DNA of 64,000 nt from Gammaproteobacteria bacterium (GCA_004796365.1 QZLE01000154.1:4493-68492); one strand, 5' to 3'; numbered from the stretch's first letter, positions 10,160 to 21,882 are shown. Numbers and translations: made by a program. Notes: generated by a model from the sequence alone, not told the origin.

Positions 10160-11140
10160 ATGATAGGGGAAAAAAGCATATTCGGCTCAATCAAAGGTGA
10201 AAAAGAGAATTTTGTAGCTGATGAACACTGGGAGCGCCGCGCTTTGGTTAATGTGGCTATGTCGGTTATTGATGAGCAAAGAAAGGCGCGGCGTTGGGGG
10301 GTGTTTTTCAAGCTGGCTATGCTTGCGTATCTTGTTGCTATCTTTGTTGTTTATGCTTTCCCACCCAAGCCGGGTATAAATGGTAATGCCAAAAAAGAGC
10401 ATGTTGCAATCGTAGATGTAAAGGGGCTTATCTCTTCAAAGTCTTATGCCAATGCTGACGATATAAATAGTTCTTTGAATGATGCCTTTAAAAATGAGCG
10501 ATCCAAGGCGGTTGTTTTAAGGATCGATAGCGGTGGTGGAAGCCCTGTACAGTCTGGATATGTATATGATGAGATTATGCGTCTGAGGCAGAAATATCCA
10601 GATAAAAAGGTATTTGCAGTGGTTGAGGATGTATGTGCATCAGGCGCTTACTACATTGCCGCAGCAGCAGACGAGATCTATGCGGATAAGGCCAGTATAG
10701 TTGGTTCAATTGGTGTGCGCATGGGTAGCTTTGGTTTTGTTGATGCGATGAAAAAGCTGGGTGTGGAAAGAAGAATGATAACCGCAGGTGAAAACAAAGG
10801 GTTTGGGGATCCGTTTTCTCCGCAGTCATCGGAGGTGGTTGAACATTCGAAGAAACTAGTTGCTGGGGTGCATAAGCAGTTTATTGATGCGGTAAGAAAG
10901 GGGAGGGGTGAGCGCCTGAAAGAGACATATGATATGTTCAGCGGCCTTATCTGGACCGGGGAGCAGAGCTTGGAGCTTGGGTTGGTTGACAAGCTTGGCA
11001 GTCTCAGGCAGTTAGTAAGGGATGAGCTCAAGCAGGAGAATACAGTGGTTTATTCGCCGCAAAAAGGTTTGCTTGATTCGCTAAAACAGCAATTTGGTAT
11101 TTTGCTGCAGGAGTCTATGAGTTCTGTTGGGTACTATTAG
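10160..11140 (+). CDS. S49-family signal peptide peptidase (SppA 36K/SohB-like)
   Basis: One N-terminal transmembrane segment and an S49 core (GSPVQSGY...EDVCASGAYYIAAAADEIYA...SIGV). Confidence 0.75.
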   Translation: MIGEKSIFGSIKGEKENFVADEHWERRALVNVAMSVIDEQRKARRWGVFFKLAMLAYLVAIFVVYAFPPKPGINGNAKKEHVAIVDVKGLISSKSYANADDINSSLNDAFKNERSKAVVLRIDSGGGSPVQSGYVYDEIMRLRQKYPDKKVFAVVEDVCASGAYYIAAAADEIYADKASIVGSIGVRMGSFGFVDAMKKLGVERRMITAGENKGFGDPFSPQSSEVVEHSKKLVAGVHKQFIDAVRKGRGERLKETYDMFSGLIWTGEQSLELGLVDKLGSLRQLVRDELKQENTVVYSPQKGLLDSLKQQFGILLQESMSSVGYY

Positions 11141-11143
11141 CCC

Positions 11144-11731
11144 TCACAAAACTTCCACCCCTTTATTCTTCAGCAGATCAATCAGCTTAATTAGCGGTAG
11201 CCCGATAAGTGAATTGGGATCGGAACCATCCATTTTTGAAAATAGGGCAATGCCTAGTTTTTCAGACTTGAAGCTGCCTGCGCAGTTATAAGGTTTTTCC
11301 TTTAGTAGATAGCTTTCAACCTGTTGCTTGGTAAGCTTACGAAAACCGACATTAAACGGGTCGATATCAACCTGGTAGCTGTCATCTGCGGCATCGTAAA
11401 GGCAAAGCGATGTATAAAAGGTAACGGTTTTTTCTGAAAAGCTTAAAAGCTGCTCTACAGCCGCATTATGGTCTGCAGGTTTGCCGATTATTTCTTGTTT
11501 GCCGGATATTACCGCTGCTTGGTCGGAGCCGATGATCAAACCAGCCTTATGCTTTGCCGCAATAGCTTGCGCTTTATTGATAGCAAGCCTTTTTACGTAA
11601 TCTTCAATATCCTCTTCATTAATTCTGGATTCGTCTATGTTCGGGGAGTCAACGTCAAAATTGCTGAGAATTTTATGTAATACCTCTTTGCGAAATGGAG
11701 ATGTTGAGGCAAGAATAATTTTTGCAGACAT
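11144..11731 (-). CDS. Maf/YceF-family nucleoside triphosphate pyrophosphatase
   Basis: MSAKIILASTSPFRKEVL...GSDQ motifs. Start set at the ATG at 11731, which has an AGAGG RBS; the track ORF extends to a TTG at 11773. Confidence 0.85.
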   Translation of the reverse strand: MSAKIILASTSPFRKEVLHKILSNFDVDSPNIDESRINEEDIEDYVKRLAINKAQAIAAKHKAGLIIGSDQAAVISGKQEIIGKPADHNAAVEQLLSFSEKTVTFYTSLCLYDAADDSYQVDIDPFNVGFRKLTKQQVESYLLKEKPYNCAGSFKSEKLGIALFSKMDGSDPNSLIGLPLIKLIDLLKNKGVEVL

Positions 11732-11990
11732 CTGAAAACCTCTATAGAAAGTCAATCGAAACTTAAAAAGCAACCAAAAGCAGGGGGTGAAGCGCTTTTA
11801 ATGCTATTTTGCCATACTTTTATATGTAAATATAAATTGCAAATGTAATAAAGTTGTAATGTTTTGGTGTTGCTGGTATTGGTTTTAATTTTGAAGCTAA
11901 TGATTTTATAGGTTTTTTTGTTGAATTTTATCAAAAAAATACTACTTAAACTTTGACATGTAGCGTTTAGAAATATAATATGCACGCGCT

Positions 11991-12524
11991 ATGCTGAATC
12001 AGTCTAAAGATAAACTAGCTCCAATCCCAATGGCCGAAAGAGGGGAAACCCTTGAAATAAAGCTTTCTATGGCCAAAATGGAGCGTTTGTCAGAGCTTGT
12101 TATTGATGCTGCAGGTGAAGTTGCAGCAAAGCTTGAATTTGGGATTGACAGCGAAGGGATTAAGTTTATAAGTGGATCTGCTACTGCTGAGCTAACTGTT
12201 GAATGTCAGCGCTGTATGCAGCCGATGAATGTTTCGGTTGAAGTCGAATTTAAACTCGGCATGGTAGTAGATGAGGATTTGGCTCAGGAGCTATCTGAAG
12301 ATTATGAGCCGTTGGTTGTTTCTGAGGAAACAATCTCGTTGTCCGCGCTTATCGAGGATGAGTTAATATTGGCACTGCCTATAGTGTCGATGCATGAGGA
12401 TACAAACTGTTCGCCATATGTATCTGAATATTTGGCAGATGACTCGGATAAAGAGTCTGAAAGTGAGGAAGACAGGGTCTTCCCATTTGCGCAACTTGGC
12501 GAAATGCTAAAAAAGAAACAATAG
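11991..12524 (+). CDS. yceD: YceD (DUF177) 23S rRNA accumulation protein
   Basis: Sits immediately upstream of rpmF-plsX as in E. coli; has CxxC pairs and an acidic C-terminus. Confidence 0.8.
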   Translation: MLNQSKDKLAPIPMAERGETLEIKLSMAKMERLSELVIDAAGEVAAKLEFGIDSEGIKFISGSATAELTVECQRCMQPMNVSVEVEFKLGMVVDEDLAQELSEDYEPLVVSEETISLSALIEDELILALPIVSMHEDTNCSPYVSEYLADDSDKESESEEDRVFPFAQLGEMLKKKQ

Positions 12525-12542
12525 ATTTTTTAAGGAATAGTC

Positions 12543-12722
12543 ATGGCTGTACAACAAAACAGAAAAACTCCTTCAAAGCGTGGAATGCGTCGTTCACATG
12601 ATTCGCTTACTGGTCCAACCCTTTCAGTTGAAAGTACAACTGGCGAAAAGCATAGAAGACATCACATCTCTGCTGATGGCTACTATCGTGGTAAAAAAGT
12701 AATCCACAAAGATTTCGATTAA
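12543..12722 (+). CDS. rpmF: 50S ribosomal protein L32
   Basis: 59 aa [20 protein letters not shown]... read by hand; it is below the ORF-track length cutoff. Confidence 0.95.
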   Translation: MAVQQNRKTPSKRGMRRSHDSLTGPTLSVESTTGEKHRRHHISADGYYRGKKVIHKDFD

Positions 12723-12811
12723 GCACTTTTTTATTCCATCCGCCCAGTACGGAAAGCAATATGTTGTCATCGTTAAGGTGGGTGGATTAGTTCGTCTGCA
12801 AAACGGAATCT

Positions 12812-13852
12812 TTGAAATCAATGAGTGAACCAGTAAAAATAGCTCTGGATGCTATGGGTGGTGATCACGGCCCGTGCGTGGTTGTGCCTGGAGCACTTTC
12901 AGCACTGGAGCAGCACCCAAATCTGCATCTTATCCTAGTTGGAAACGAAGATGAGGTTAATGCCCATCTTGTCAAAAATGGCGGCGATAGATTCAAAGAT
13001 CGCATCTCTGTGCGTCATGCCTCGCAAAAAGTTGAGATGGATGAGTCTCCGGCCACAGCGTTGAGGTCGAAAAAAGACTCGTCGATGCGAGTTGCTCTTA
13101 ACCTTGTTAAAGAAAATCAGGCCGCAGCCTGCGTAAGTGCTGGTAATACAGGTGCGCTGATGGCAATTGCCCGATTTGTTCTAAAGACCCTGCCTGGAAT
13201 TGATAGACCTGCAATTATGAAGACCCTGCCAACAGATAAAGGGGTTGTGCGTCTGCTTGATCTTGGGGCGAATGTTGATTGTTCTGCGGAAAATTTATTT
13301 GAGTTTGGCGTAATGGGTTCAGTTTATGCTCAGGCAATTGAAAACATGCCCAGCCCAAGGGTTGCTTTGCTGAATGTAGGGCATGAAGAGATTAAAGGAA
13401 GCGAAGAGGTCAAGAAAGCCTCTGCTATTTTCGCTGCAAGCCCTTTGAATTACACCGGTTATGTTGAAGGTAATGGCATTTTCTTCGGTGAGGCTGATGT
13501 TATTGTATGTGATGGCTTTGTCGGGAATGTTTCGTTGAAGGTTATTGAGGGGCTGGCAAAGTTGATTGCGCTTTTCCTGCAGCAGGAATTCAAGCGAAAT
13601 ATTTTTACCAAATTGGCTGGGCTGGTAGCATTACCGGTTTTAAAACAGCTGAAAAATAGGATTGATCCGGGCAAATATAATGGCGCGAGCCTGCTTGGAT
13701 TGAAAGGGATAGTTCTAAAGAGTCACGGTGGAGCAGGGGTCGACTCCTTTGCCTGCGCTATTACCAGCGCAGTGCTGGAGGTTGAAAAAAACGTTCCTGC
13801 GCTGATTCACTCAGAGCTTGATTCAATATTGTCAAAGCGTGAAGCAAATTGA
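12812..13852 (+). CDS. plsX: phosphate acyltransferase PlsX
   Basis: [11 protein letters not shown] motif; sits between rpmF and fabH. Confidence 0.95.
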   Translation: MKSMSEPVKIALDAMGGDHGPCVVVPGALSALEQHPNLHLILVGNEDEVNAHLVKNGGDRFKDRISVRHASQKVEMDESPATALRSKKDSSMRVALNLVKENQAAACVSAGNTGALMAIARFVLKTLPGIDRPAIMKTLPTDKGVVRLLDLGANVDCSAENLFEFGVMGSVYAQAIENMPSPRVALLNVGHEEIKGSEEVKKASAIFAASPLNYTGYVEGNGIFFGEADVIVCDGFVGNVSLKVIEGLAKLIALFLQQEFKRNIFTKLAGLVALPVLKQLKNRIDPGKYNGASLLGLKGIVLKSHGGAGVDSFACAITSAVLEVEKNVPALIHSELDSILSKREAN

Positions 13853-14817
13853 TTTATTCTAAGATATCGGGAACAGGTGCTTATCTGCCTGAAAAAATAT
13901 TAACCAATGCTGATCTGGAAAAGATCGTTAATACCAACGATCAGTGGGTACGTGAGCGTACAGGTATCGAGCAAAGACATATCAGCGCTGATGATGAGCT
14001 TTGCTCTGATTTGGGTTCGAAGGCAGCGCAGCAGGCGATAGATAACGCAGGAATATCTGTAGCAGATATTGAACTGATAGTTGTGGCAACCTCAACCCCA
14101 GATCGCATGTTCCCAAGCACTGCTTGTATTATCCAGAGCAAACTTGGTGCAAAATGCCCGGCATTTGATATTACCGCCGCATGTTCGGGATTTGTATATG
14201 CATTGTCAATTGCAGATAACTATGTTCGTGCTGGTGTTGCGAAAAATGTCTTGATTATCGGTGCTGAAACCTATAGCCGTATTTTAAACTGGAAAGATCG
14301 GAATACCTGTGTGCTGTTTGGTGATGGTGCCGGAGCTGTTGTGCTTAAGGCTTCAGATGAGCCGGGGGTTATGTCGGTTAATATTGGTGCCGATGGTGAC
14401 CACCAGGATCTTCTCGGTATCCCATGGGGCGTATCGCAAGGTTACGACGCCCTTACCGAAGGCTCCAAATGGTTTGATATGAAGGGTAATGAAGTATTCA
14501 AGCATGCGGTTAAGACCATGTCTGCTATTGCTCTGGAGGTTCTGCAGGAAAATGGTTTCGACCCTCACGCAACAGATTACTGGTTGATTCCTCATCAGGC
14601 AAATATCAGGATTCTTAAATCAACTGCGAAAAAGATGAAGCTTGATCAATCTAAGGTTATTGTGTCGGTTGATAAGCATGCCAATACTTCCGCGGCATCA
14701 ATTCCATTAGCTATGCATGGAGCACTGGAAACAGGAAAAATCAAGTCAGGTGATCTTGCTGTTCTTGAAGCATTTGGCGGAGGTTTGACTTGGGGCGCGG
14801 CGCTGGTTAGGCTTTGA
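13849..14817 (+). CDS. fabH: 3-oxoacyl-ACP synthase III
   Basis: [14 protein letters not shown] start; active-site Cys in AACSGF; TTG start overlaps the plsX stop. Confidence 0.95.
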   Translation: MIYSKISGTGAYLPEKILTNADLEKIVNTNDQWVRERTGIEQRHISADDELCSDLGSKAAQQAIDNAGISVADIELIVVATSTPDRMFPSTACIIQSKLGAKCPAFDITAACSGFVYALSIADNYVRAGVAKNVLIIGAETYSRILNWKDRNTCVLFGDGAGAVVLKASDEPGVMSVNIGADGDHQDLLGIPWGVSQGYDALTEGSKWFDMKGNEVFKHAVKTMSAIALEVLQENGFDPHATDYWLIPHQANIRILKSTAKKMKLDQSKVIVSVDKHANTSAASIPLAMHGALETGKIKSGDLAVLEAFGGGLTWGAALVRL

Positions 14818-14888
14818 CCACAAAATCAAGGTTACAAAAATTATTACCGAAAAGAGTTAGATCACAAGGATTTATTTAGGAAGAAAAT

Positions 14889-15836
14889 ATGTCAAAAAAG
14901 ATCGCATTTGTATTTCCGGGGCAAGGTTCGCAGTCAGTTGGAATGCTGGCAGAACTTGCGGAATCTAATCCGAAAGTAAAAGAAGTTTATGCCGAAGCTT
15001 TAGAAGTTTTGGGTTATGACCTTTGGGATTTAGTACAAAACGGTCCAGCAGAAGACCTCAACAGCACAGAAAAGACCCAGCCTGCGTTGCTAGCTGCTGG
15101 CATTGCTGTGTGGGAATGCTGGAAACAGAATAATCCAGACGTAATACCAGTTGTTATGGCCGGTCACAGTCTTGGTGAATACACTGCTTTAGTTGCATCT
15201 GGATCAATTAAATTTAAAGATGCTATCAAACTGGTAGAAACCCGTGGCAAACTTATGCAGCAGGCAGTTCCAGAAGGGGAAGGGCAGATGGCTGCTATCC
15301 TTGGTCTTGATGACGAAGTAATTATCGAGGCATGTAAAGAGGCAGAGCAAGGGCAGGTGGTTTCTGCTGTAAACTTTAACGCGCCGAGTCAGGTTGTAAT
15401 TGCAGGAGCTAAAGCTGCAGTTGATAGAGCTTGTGAACTTGTGAAAGAAAAGGGTGCCAAAAAGGCGGTTGTGCTGCCAGTTAGCGTTCCTTCACATTGT
15501 GAATTGATGAAAGAAGCATCGGAAAAACTTGCAGCAGAACTTGATAAAATTGAGATTGCAAAGCCAGAGATTCCTGTTTTGCACAATGTTGACGTACAAG
15601 TGGCAGAAGATGCCGCGCAAATCAAAGATAAACTGGTGAAACAGCTTTATTGCCCGGTTCAGTGGGTTAATCTGGTTTCATCATTTGCGGATTACAGTAT
15701 TGAAGGGATTGTGGAATCAGGTCCGGGTAAGGTATTGTTTGGCCTGAATAAAAGAATTATCAAAGGGGTAACAACATTCCCTGTTTTTGATGTTAACAGC
15801 CTGAAAAAGGCGGAAACCATGCTTTTAGGAAAATAA
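14889..15836 (+). CDS. fabD: malonyl-CoA:ACP transacylase
   Basis: FPGQGSQ and GHSLGEY motifs. Confidence 0.95.
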   Translation: MSKKIAFVFPGQGSQSVGMLAELAESNPKVKEVYAEALEVLGYDLWDLVQNGPAEDLNSTEKTQPALLAAGIAVWECWKQNNPDVIPVVMAGHSLGEYTALVASGSIKFKDAIKLVETRGKLMQQAVPEGEGQMAAILGLDDEVIIEACKEAEQGQVVSAVNFNAPSQVVIAGAKAAVDRACELVKEKGAKKAVVLPVSVPSHCELMKEASEKLAAELDKIEIAKPEIPVLHNVDVQVAEDAAQIKDKLVKQLYCPVQWVNLVSSFADYSIEGIVESGPGKVLFGLNKRIIKGVTTFPVFDVNSLKKAETMLLGK

Positions 15837-15859
15837 GGCTATTAGGAGAGTAAGGAAAG

Positions 15860-16597
15860 ATGACTAAAGAAATTGCATTGGTTACAGGATGTAGTAGAGG
15901 GATTGGTAAGGCTGTAGTTTTAGAACTTGCGGCGCAGGGCTACTATGTGATTGGTACAGATTTAAATGACGAACTGGCTCAGTCAATCACTGACTATATC
16001 AAAGAGGCTGGTTTTGAAGGTGAAGGTCGTGTTCTGAATGTAAATGACCAGGAAGCGATTGATGAGATCATCAAAAGCATCTCTAAGGATTTTGGTGCAC
16101 CTACAGTATTGGTTAACAATGCAGGTATTACTAAAGATAATCTATTGATGAGAATGAAGGATGAGGAGTGGGATATGGTTGTAAACACCAATCTAAGCTC
16201 GATCTTCCGTATGTCTCGTGCAGTATTGCGTGGCATGATGAAGGCCAAAAAAGGTCGCATCGTTAATATTGGATCGGTTGTTGGTCTTTCTGGTAACCCT
16301 GGGCAGGCAAACTATTGCGCAACCAAAGCAGGCGTAGTTGGCTTCTCTAAGTCTATGGCACAGGAGGTTGCATCCAGAGGGATCACTGTTAATGTGGTTG
16401 CCCCTGGGTTTATCGACACAGAAATGACTAAGGCTCTATCAGATGAGCAGCGCGAAGCATTGGCATCAAAAATACCTCTGGGAAGGCTTGGCGAAGTAGA
16501 AGATATTGCCAAGACAGTTGCATTTTTGGTGTCTGACGGAGCAGGTTTTATCACTGGTGAAACAATCAGTGTAAATGGTGGTATGTACATGTCATAA
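15860..16597 (+). CDS. fabG: 3-oxoacyl-ACP reductase
   Basis: SDR protein with TGCSRGIGKA and YCATKAG motifs. Confidence 0.95.
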   Translation: MTKEIALVTGCSRGIGKAVVLELAAQGYYVIGTDLNDELAQSITDYIKEAGFEGEGRVLNVNDQEAIDEIIKSISKDFGAPTVLVNNAGITKDNLLMRMKDEEWDMVVNTNLSSIFRMSRAVLRGMMKAKKGRIVNIGSVVGLSGNPGQANYCATKAGVVGFSKSMAQEVASRGITVNVVAPGFIDTEMTKALSDEQREALASKIPLGRLGEVEDIAKTVAFLVSDGAGFITGETISVNGGMYMS

Positions 16598-16748
16598 AGC
16601 TTTGTGGGTGGTCTGCAAGGTTTATTGGCTTAACAAATAACTCAAATTATTTAAAAAAACTGGAATGGTTATTATGTTTTTCTTACAATACCGATCCAGG
16701 ATTTAGATAATTTGATCTATGTTGAACTGAAATAAAGGAAATTTTGAA

Positions 16749-16988
16749 ATGAGCAATATTGAAGAGCGCGTAAAGAAGATTGTCGTTGAACAACTTGGTG
16801 TTCAGGAAGAGGAAGTAACAAGTGAAGCATCTTTCGTTGACGATCTTGGTGCTGACTCTCTTGATACTGTAGAGCTTGTAATGGCTCTTGAAGAAGAATT
16901 CGAGTGCGAAATTCCAGATGAAGAAGCTGAGAAAATCGCTACAGTACAAAACGCTATTGATTACATCAACGCTAATCTAGATAGCTAA
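16749..16988 (+). CDS. acpP: acyl carrier protein
   Basis: [19 protein letters not shown], the canonical AcpP sequence. Confidence 0.97.
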   Translation: MSNIEERVKKIVVEQLGVQEEEVTSEASFVDDLGADSLDTVELVMALEEEFECEIPDEEAEKIATVQNAIDYINANLDS

Positions 16989-16997
16989 TTAATACAG

Positions 16998-17045
16998 GCT
17001 GCAGTAACGGGTTGATATAAATACCCTTATTGCAGCTTTTTTTTG
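16998..17045 (+). terminator. acpP-fabF intergenic stem-loop plus T8 (terminator/attenuator)
   Basis: gctgcagtaa...ttattgcagc followed by tttttttt. Confidence 0.55.
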
Positions 17046-17072
17046 TCTGAATAAAATCAAAGAGGTTTGGTT

Positions 17073-18314
17073 TTGGAAAAACGGCGTGTAGTTGTTACAG
17101 GGCTTGGCATAGTATCGCCGGTAGGAAGTACTATACAAGCAGCATGGAAGAATATCGTTGAGGGAAAAAGTGGTATCCAGCCTATAACCTCATTTGATGT
17201 ATCTGCTTATTCAACCCAGTTTGGCGGCGTAGTCAGTGATTTTGATCCTAAGGAGTACATTGCTCCGAAAGATCTTAAAAAGATGGATCCGTTTATTCAG
17301 TATGGCATAGCTGCTGGTATGCAGGCCATGCAGGATTCTAGCATTGAGGTTACTGAAGAAAACGCAGACAGGTTTGGTGTGATTGTAAGTTCTGGTATTG
17401 GTGGTTTGCATACCATTGAAAAGGCCAATGAGCTTATCAATAAAAGTGGTCCTCGCAGAATATCCCCATTCTTTGTTCCCAGCAGCATCATTAATATGAT
17501 CTCTGGAAATCTATCTATAAAGTATGGACTTAAAGGTGCAAATGTTGCAGTTGTTTCTGCATGTGCGACAGCAACCCATAGTATTGGAATGGGGGCGCGC
17601 ATGATTCAGTACGGTGATGCTGATGCGATGCTGGTCGGTGGCGCTGAGATGGCGATTACGCCAACAGGTTTAGGTGGTTTTGCTGCGGCTAAGGCTCTTT
17701 CTTCCCGTAATGATGACCCTGAAGGCGCAAGCCGCCCATGGGACCAGGGCCGTGATGGTTTTGTCTTGAGTGAAGGTGCAGGTGTAGTAGTGCTGGAAGA
17801 GTACGAGGCTGCGAAAAGGCGTGGCGCGACAATCTATGCGGAACTTACCGGATTTGGCTCAAATGGTGATGCATACCATATGACCCAGCCCTCTCAAGAT
17901 GGAAGTGGTGCACGCAAGTGTATGGAGCTGACGTTGAAAGATGCTGGCTTGAATCCGGATGATATTGATTATATCAATGCTCACGGCACTTCGACACCGG
18001 CTGGTGATATTGCGGAAACTAATGCTATCAAGCTTGCATTTGGTGGTCATGCTAATAAGTTGGCAGTTAGCTCTACAAAATCTATGACAGGTCATTTGCT
18101 TGGTGCAGCTGGCGGGATTGAGGCGATTTTCTCTATCTTATCGATAAGGGATCAGATAATCTCTCCAACCATTAACCTTGATAATCCAAGCGAAGGGTGC
18201 GACCTGGATTACGTCCCGGATACAGCACGTGAGAGCGTCATCAGGCACGCGCTATCCAACTCATTTGGCTTTGGTGGAACAAATGGGTCACTGCTTTTCT
18301 CAAAGCTGGATTGA
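17073..18314 (+). CDS. fabF: 3-oxoacyl-ACP synthase II
   Basis: [10 protein letters not shown]. Start moved to the second TTG at 17073, 7 nt after an AGAGG RBS; the track ORF starts at 17067. Confidence 0.93.
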   Translation: MEKRRVVVTGLGIVSPVGSTIQAAWKNIVEGKSGIQPITSFDVSAYSTQFGGVVSDFDPKEYIAPKDLKKMDPFIQYGIAAGMQAMQDSSIEVTEENADRFGVIVSSGIGGLHTIEKANELINKSGPRRISPFFVPSSIINMISGNLSIKYGLKGANVAVVSACATATHSIGMGARMIQYGDADAMLVGGAEMAITPTGLGGFAAAKALSSRNDDPEGASRPWDQGRDGFVLSEGAGVVVLEEYEAAKRRGATIYAELTGFGSNGDAYHMTQPSQDGSGARKCMELTLKDAGLNPDDIDYINAHGTSTPAGDIAETNAIKLAFGGHANKLAVSSTKSMTGHLLGAAGGIEAIFSILSIRDQIISPTINLDNPSEGCDLDYVPDTARESVIRHALSNSFGFGGTNGSLLFSKLD

Positions 18315-18388
18315 TTCTCCAGACCTAATCGATTCTCGATGCTTAACTGATAAGCAAAGATATTCAACTGCGTTTGCAAGGTGAGATC

Positions 18389-19204
18389 ATGATCCTTGTA
18401 AACGGAGTTGAAACCGATTATATAAAAGCAGATGACCGTGGGTTATTATATGGTGACGGTCTTTTCGAGACTGTTGCAGTCAAAGATTCACAGCCCAAAT
18501 TGCTGGAAATGCATTTTCAGCGCCTTAAAGATTCTGCAACAAGGTTATCAATTCAAGGGTTCGATACCGAAGCAATAGCCAAAGATATTGACCTGATTGT
18601 CTCTAAAAGCGGTCTGCATAATGCGGTAGTTCGTATTACAGTCACCAGAGGTTCTGGCGATCGGGGTTATGCTTCGTTATCTGCAGAAGCTAATGTAGTT
18701 ATTTCAATATCCCCATTTCCGGAATACATCCATGATAAACGCAGTTCCGGAATAACTGCGGTTTTTTCAAGTGTATTGCTTGATAAGGAATCTTACCTTG
18801 CAGGTGTCAAACACCTTAACCGTTTAACCCAGGTGTTGGTTGCAAATGAAGCCGCAAAAAAAGGGGTTGATGAAGCGCTAGTGCTTTCGGAAGACGGTCA
18901 GGTAGTTGAGGGTGGAAAGTCAAATGTATTCTTTGTCTTTGAAAATCAGATCAAGACACCAAGACTAGATGAATATGGTGTGGCTGGAATTATGCGGCGT
19001 CGGGTAATTGATGTGGCGCCTGTAGCTGGATATGAGGTCGTTGAGGCAAATATCAATCTTGATGATTTATTGGATGTCAAAGAGGTTTTTGTAACCAATA
19101 GTATTATTGGCATTTGGCCGGTTTATACTCTTAATGAAAGAGTTTTTTCTCAATTTACTTGTGCCAAAAAGTTACAGCAGCTACTTGCCGAGGATATGGC
19201 ATGA
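18389..19204 (+). CDS. pabC: aminodeoxychorismate lyase
   Basis: MILVNGV...GLLYGDGLFET. ATG at 18389 after an AGGTGA RBS; the track ORF begins at TTG 18374. Sits at the E. coli position after fabF. Confidence 0.85.
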   Translation: MILVNGVETDYIKADDRGLLYGDGLFETVAVKDSQPKLLEMHFQRLKDSATRLSIQGFDTEAIAKDIDLIVSKSGLHNAVVRITVTRGSGDRGYASLSAEANVVISISPFPEYIHDKRSSGITAVFSSVLLDKESYLAGVKHLNRLTQVLVANEAAKKGVDEALVLSEDGQVVEGGKSNVFFVFENQIKTPRLDEYGVAGIMRRRVIDVAPVAGYEVVEANINLDDLLDVKEVFVTNSIIGIWPVYTLNERVFSQFTCAKKLQQLLAEDMA

Positions 19205-20214
19205 AAAGAATAATCTATCTGTTTTCAGCAATTTGCGTCTTTACTGTCGGAGTAGCGGCCTGGCTGGTTTACGACTATACCGCGTTTACCGGATCCTCGC
19301 TTGGTATTGGAATGCATTCGGTGAAATATATCGTTCCTGTCGGTAGCTCTATGACATCTTTATCAAAGCGGCTTGAGGATGATGGAATAATTTCAAATCG
19401 CCACTATTTCGGCATCATGGCTCGGTTTGATGGTACTGCAAATCAAATTAAGGCTGGAGAATATGACATCCTTCCAGGGATGAATCCTCGCGATTTGATG
19501 CAGCTTTTTGTAAAAGGAAAGGTTAAACAGTACAGCCTGACTATTGTAGAGGGACGAACCTTCAAACAGCTGCTTGCAGATCTGCACAATAACGATATTC
19601 TTCAGCACGACCTTCCTGAATTGACAAATCAACAGATTATGGAGAAGATCGGGGCAAAAGGGCAGCATCCTGAAGGGATGTTTTATCCGGATACCTATTA
19701 TTTTCCCAGAGGAACTAGCGAATCGCAGTTTTTAAAACGTGCCTATTGGGTTATGCAAAACAAGCTTGCTAAGTTGTGGGACCAGAGGGAGAAAAGCTCT
19801 GTATTAAAAACCCCGTATGAGGCACTTATTCTAGCCTCAATAATAGAAAAAGAGACAGCAGTGGCTGCTGAGCGTCAGAAAATCGCTGGTGTGTTTATCC
19901 GCAGGCTTAAAAAAGGAATGCGCTTGCAGACAGACCCTACTGTAATCTATGGCATGGGTGATTCTTACAACGGTGATATCCGTTTTAGAGATTTGAAAAG
20001 AGATACGCCTTATAACACTTATACCAGAAAGGGGTTGCCACCAACTCCAATTGCAATGGCTGGGGAAGCGGCAATCTATGCTGCATTGCATCCGGCAAAG
20101 GGTAATGAGCTGTATTTTGTTGCCAGAAATGATGGGACTCATGTGTTTTCTGATACACTGAAAAAGCATAATCGCGCGGTAGATAAGTATCAAAGGAAAA
20201 GGAATAGAAAGTAA
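19201..20214 (+). CDS. mltG: endolytic murein transglycosylase MltG (YceG)
   Basis: N-terminal transmembrane segment and YceG-like domain. ATG at 19201 overlaps the pabC stop (ATGA). Confidence 0.9.
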   Translation: MKRIIYLFSAICVFTVGVAAWLVYDYTAFTGSSLGIGMHSVKYIVPVGSSMTSLSKRLEDDGIISNRHYFGIMARFDGTANQIKAGEYDILPGMNPRDLMQLFVKGKVKQYSLTIVEGRTFKQLLADLHNNDILQHDLPELTNQQIMEKIGAKGQHPEGMFYPDTYYFPRGTSESQFLKRAYWVMQNKLAKLWDQREKSSVLKTPYEALILASIIEKETAVAAERQKIAGVFIRRLKKGMRLQTDPTVIYGMGDSYNGDIRFRDLKRDTPYNTYTRKGLPPTPIAMAGEAAIYAALHPAKGNELYFVARNDGTHVFSDTLKKHNRAVDKYQRKRNRK

Positions 20215-20868
20215 GTGGAAAAAGGGGTTGTTTTGAAGAAGGGATTGTTTGTAACTGTCGAGGGTGGCGAGGGCGCGGGGAAGTCAACCTGTCTGGATTA
20301 TGTTAAGCAGTTATTAGAGCAAAAAGGGATTAATGCGGTATTTACCCGCGAGCCGGGAGGAACCGAAATTGGTGAAGATGTGCGCAGCATCTTACTTAAT
20401 AAGAAATACCTTGGTATGTCAGCGGATACAGAACTTCTGTTGATGTTTGCAGCGCGAGCAGAGCATATAGACAAAAAGATCTTACCTAATCTTAGTGATG
20501 GCAAGTGGGTGATATCTGATCGGTTTACAGATGCAACCTATGCCTACCAAGGGGCTGGGCGAGAAATTGGCCCTGAGCGGGTGGCGTTAATTGAAGATTG
20601 GGTGCAGGGGGAGCTGCGTCCGGATATGACGTTATTACTGGATCTTCCGGTTGAGGTTGGTATGGAACGTGCCACTAAACGTGGTGAGCTGGATCGCTTT
20701 GAAGTGGAGCAGATGAGCTTCTTTGAGCGGGTTGCCGCGATTTATCGCCAGCGGGCACAAGCAGAACCACAAAGATTCAGGGTGGTTGATGCGTCAAAAG
20801 TTATCACCGAGGTTCATGAGCAGATAAAATCGATATTTGAAGCAAAGTTCTCAGAATTAGGTATATAG
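20215..20868 (+). CDS. tmk: thymidylate kinase
   Basis: VEGGEGAGKST P-loop. GTG at 20215 overlaps the mltG stop; an alternative TTG start at 20233 (MKKGLFV) is also possible. Confidence 0.9.
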   Translation: MEKGVVLKKGLFVTVEGGEGAGKSTCLDYVKQLLEQKGINAVFTREPGGTEIGEDVRSILLNKKYLGMSADTELLLMFAARAEHIDKKILPNLSDGKWVISDRFTDATYAYQGAGREIGPERVALIEDWVQGELRPDMTLLLDLPVEVGMERATKRGELDRFEVEQMSFFERVAAIYRQRAQAEPQRFRVVDASKVITEVHEQIKSIFEAKFSELGI

Positions 20869-20895
20869 GTTAAATAGACACGAGGCAGGAAGGTT

Positions 20896-21876
20896 TTGCA
20901 ACATCAAATTTATCCCTGGAATCAACAGCAATGGCAACAGATTACCACTGCATTTAATAGTGGCAGGATGCCGCATGCAGTTTTGCTACAAGGTGCCAAA
21001 GGTTTAGGAAAACTGGACTTTGCCAAGGCGCTGAGTGCGTTTGTCTTGTGCAGCAAAAAAGGTGAAAACTCAGCCTGTGGAGAATGCCATACCTGTAAAC
21101 TATTAAGGGCAGATACACACCCGGATTATAAAGAAGCTGCTCCAGCAGATGAAGGTAAAAGTATTCTGGTTGATCAGATTCGTGATTTTTGTGACTTTTT
21201 TATATACAGCAGCCAGCTATCTTCCTATAAGGCAGGAATTATTCACCCTGCAGATAGAATGAACCGCAATGCAGCAAACAGCCTGCTAAAGACCCTGGAA
21301 GAACCAACCAAAAACAGTTTGATAATATTGGTGGCAGAATCAACAACCAGTCTACCTGCAACTATTAAAAGTCGCTGCCAGGTATTGGAGTTTGCTGTGC
21401 CGGATAAGGCAGAGGCTATTTCATGGTTACAATTTGCATCCGGGGCATCGCAAAATATCGATCTCGCGTTAAGCCTTGCCGATTATGGGCCGCTAGAGGC
21501 TCTGGATTACCTTAAATGTGATTATTTGCAGCACAGGCAAGAACAGTTTGAAATGTTTGCTGAGCTGAAAACTGGAAAAGTATCACCAACCAAGGCAGCG
21601 GAAAAGTTAAGCAAAAGCCTAAATCGTAGGGCTCTGGGGTGGATGATCAGTTGGATCCAGGACATGATAAAGCTGAAAATGGTGGATAACACCACTTCAA
21701 TAACAAACTTTGATATAGCCAAAAGGCTGACAGATATCTCAAAAAACATATCAATTTCAGGTTTATATGGGTATTATGACAAAGTTTCTACATCACTGGG
21801 GTTGATAGATCGCCAGGCAAATCTACAATTAGTGTTAGAAGATTTATTTGTTAGTTGGATATATTTGGAGAAATAG
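20896..21876 (+). CDS. holB: DNA polymerase III delta' subunit
   Basis: HAVLLQGAKGLGK and CxxC...C motifs; TTG start. Confidence 0.85.
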   Translation: MQHQIYPWNQQQWQQITTAFNSGRMPHAVLLQGAKGLGKLDFAKALSAFVLCSKKGENSACGECHTCKLLRADTHPDYKEAAPADEGKSILVDQIRDFCDFFIYSSQLSSYKAGIIHPADRMNRNAANSLLKTLEEPTKNSLIILVAESTTSLPATIKSRCQVLEFAVPDKAEAISWLQFASGASQNIDLALSLADYGPLEALDYLKCDYLQHRQEQFEMFAELKTGKVSPTKAAEKLSKSLNRRALGWMISWIQDMIKLKMVDNTTSITNFDIAKRLTDISKNISISGLYGYYDKVSTSLGLIDRQANLQLVLEDLFVSWIYLEK

Positions 21877-21882
21877 CGAAGT

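Noticed and set aside
19107-19346. A 79-aa ORF spanning the pabC/mltG junction.
   Set aside because: It is an alternate frame of the well-supported pabC and mltG genes.
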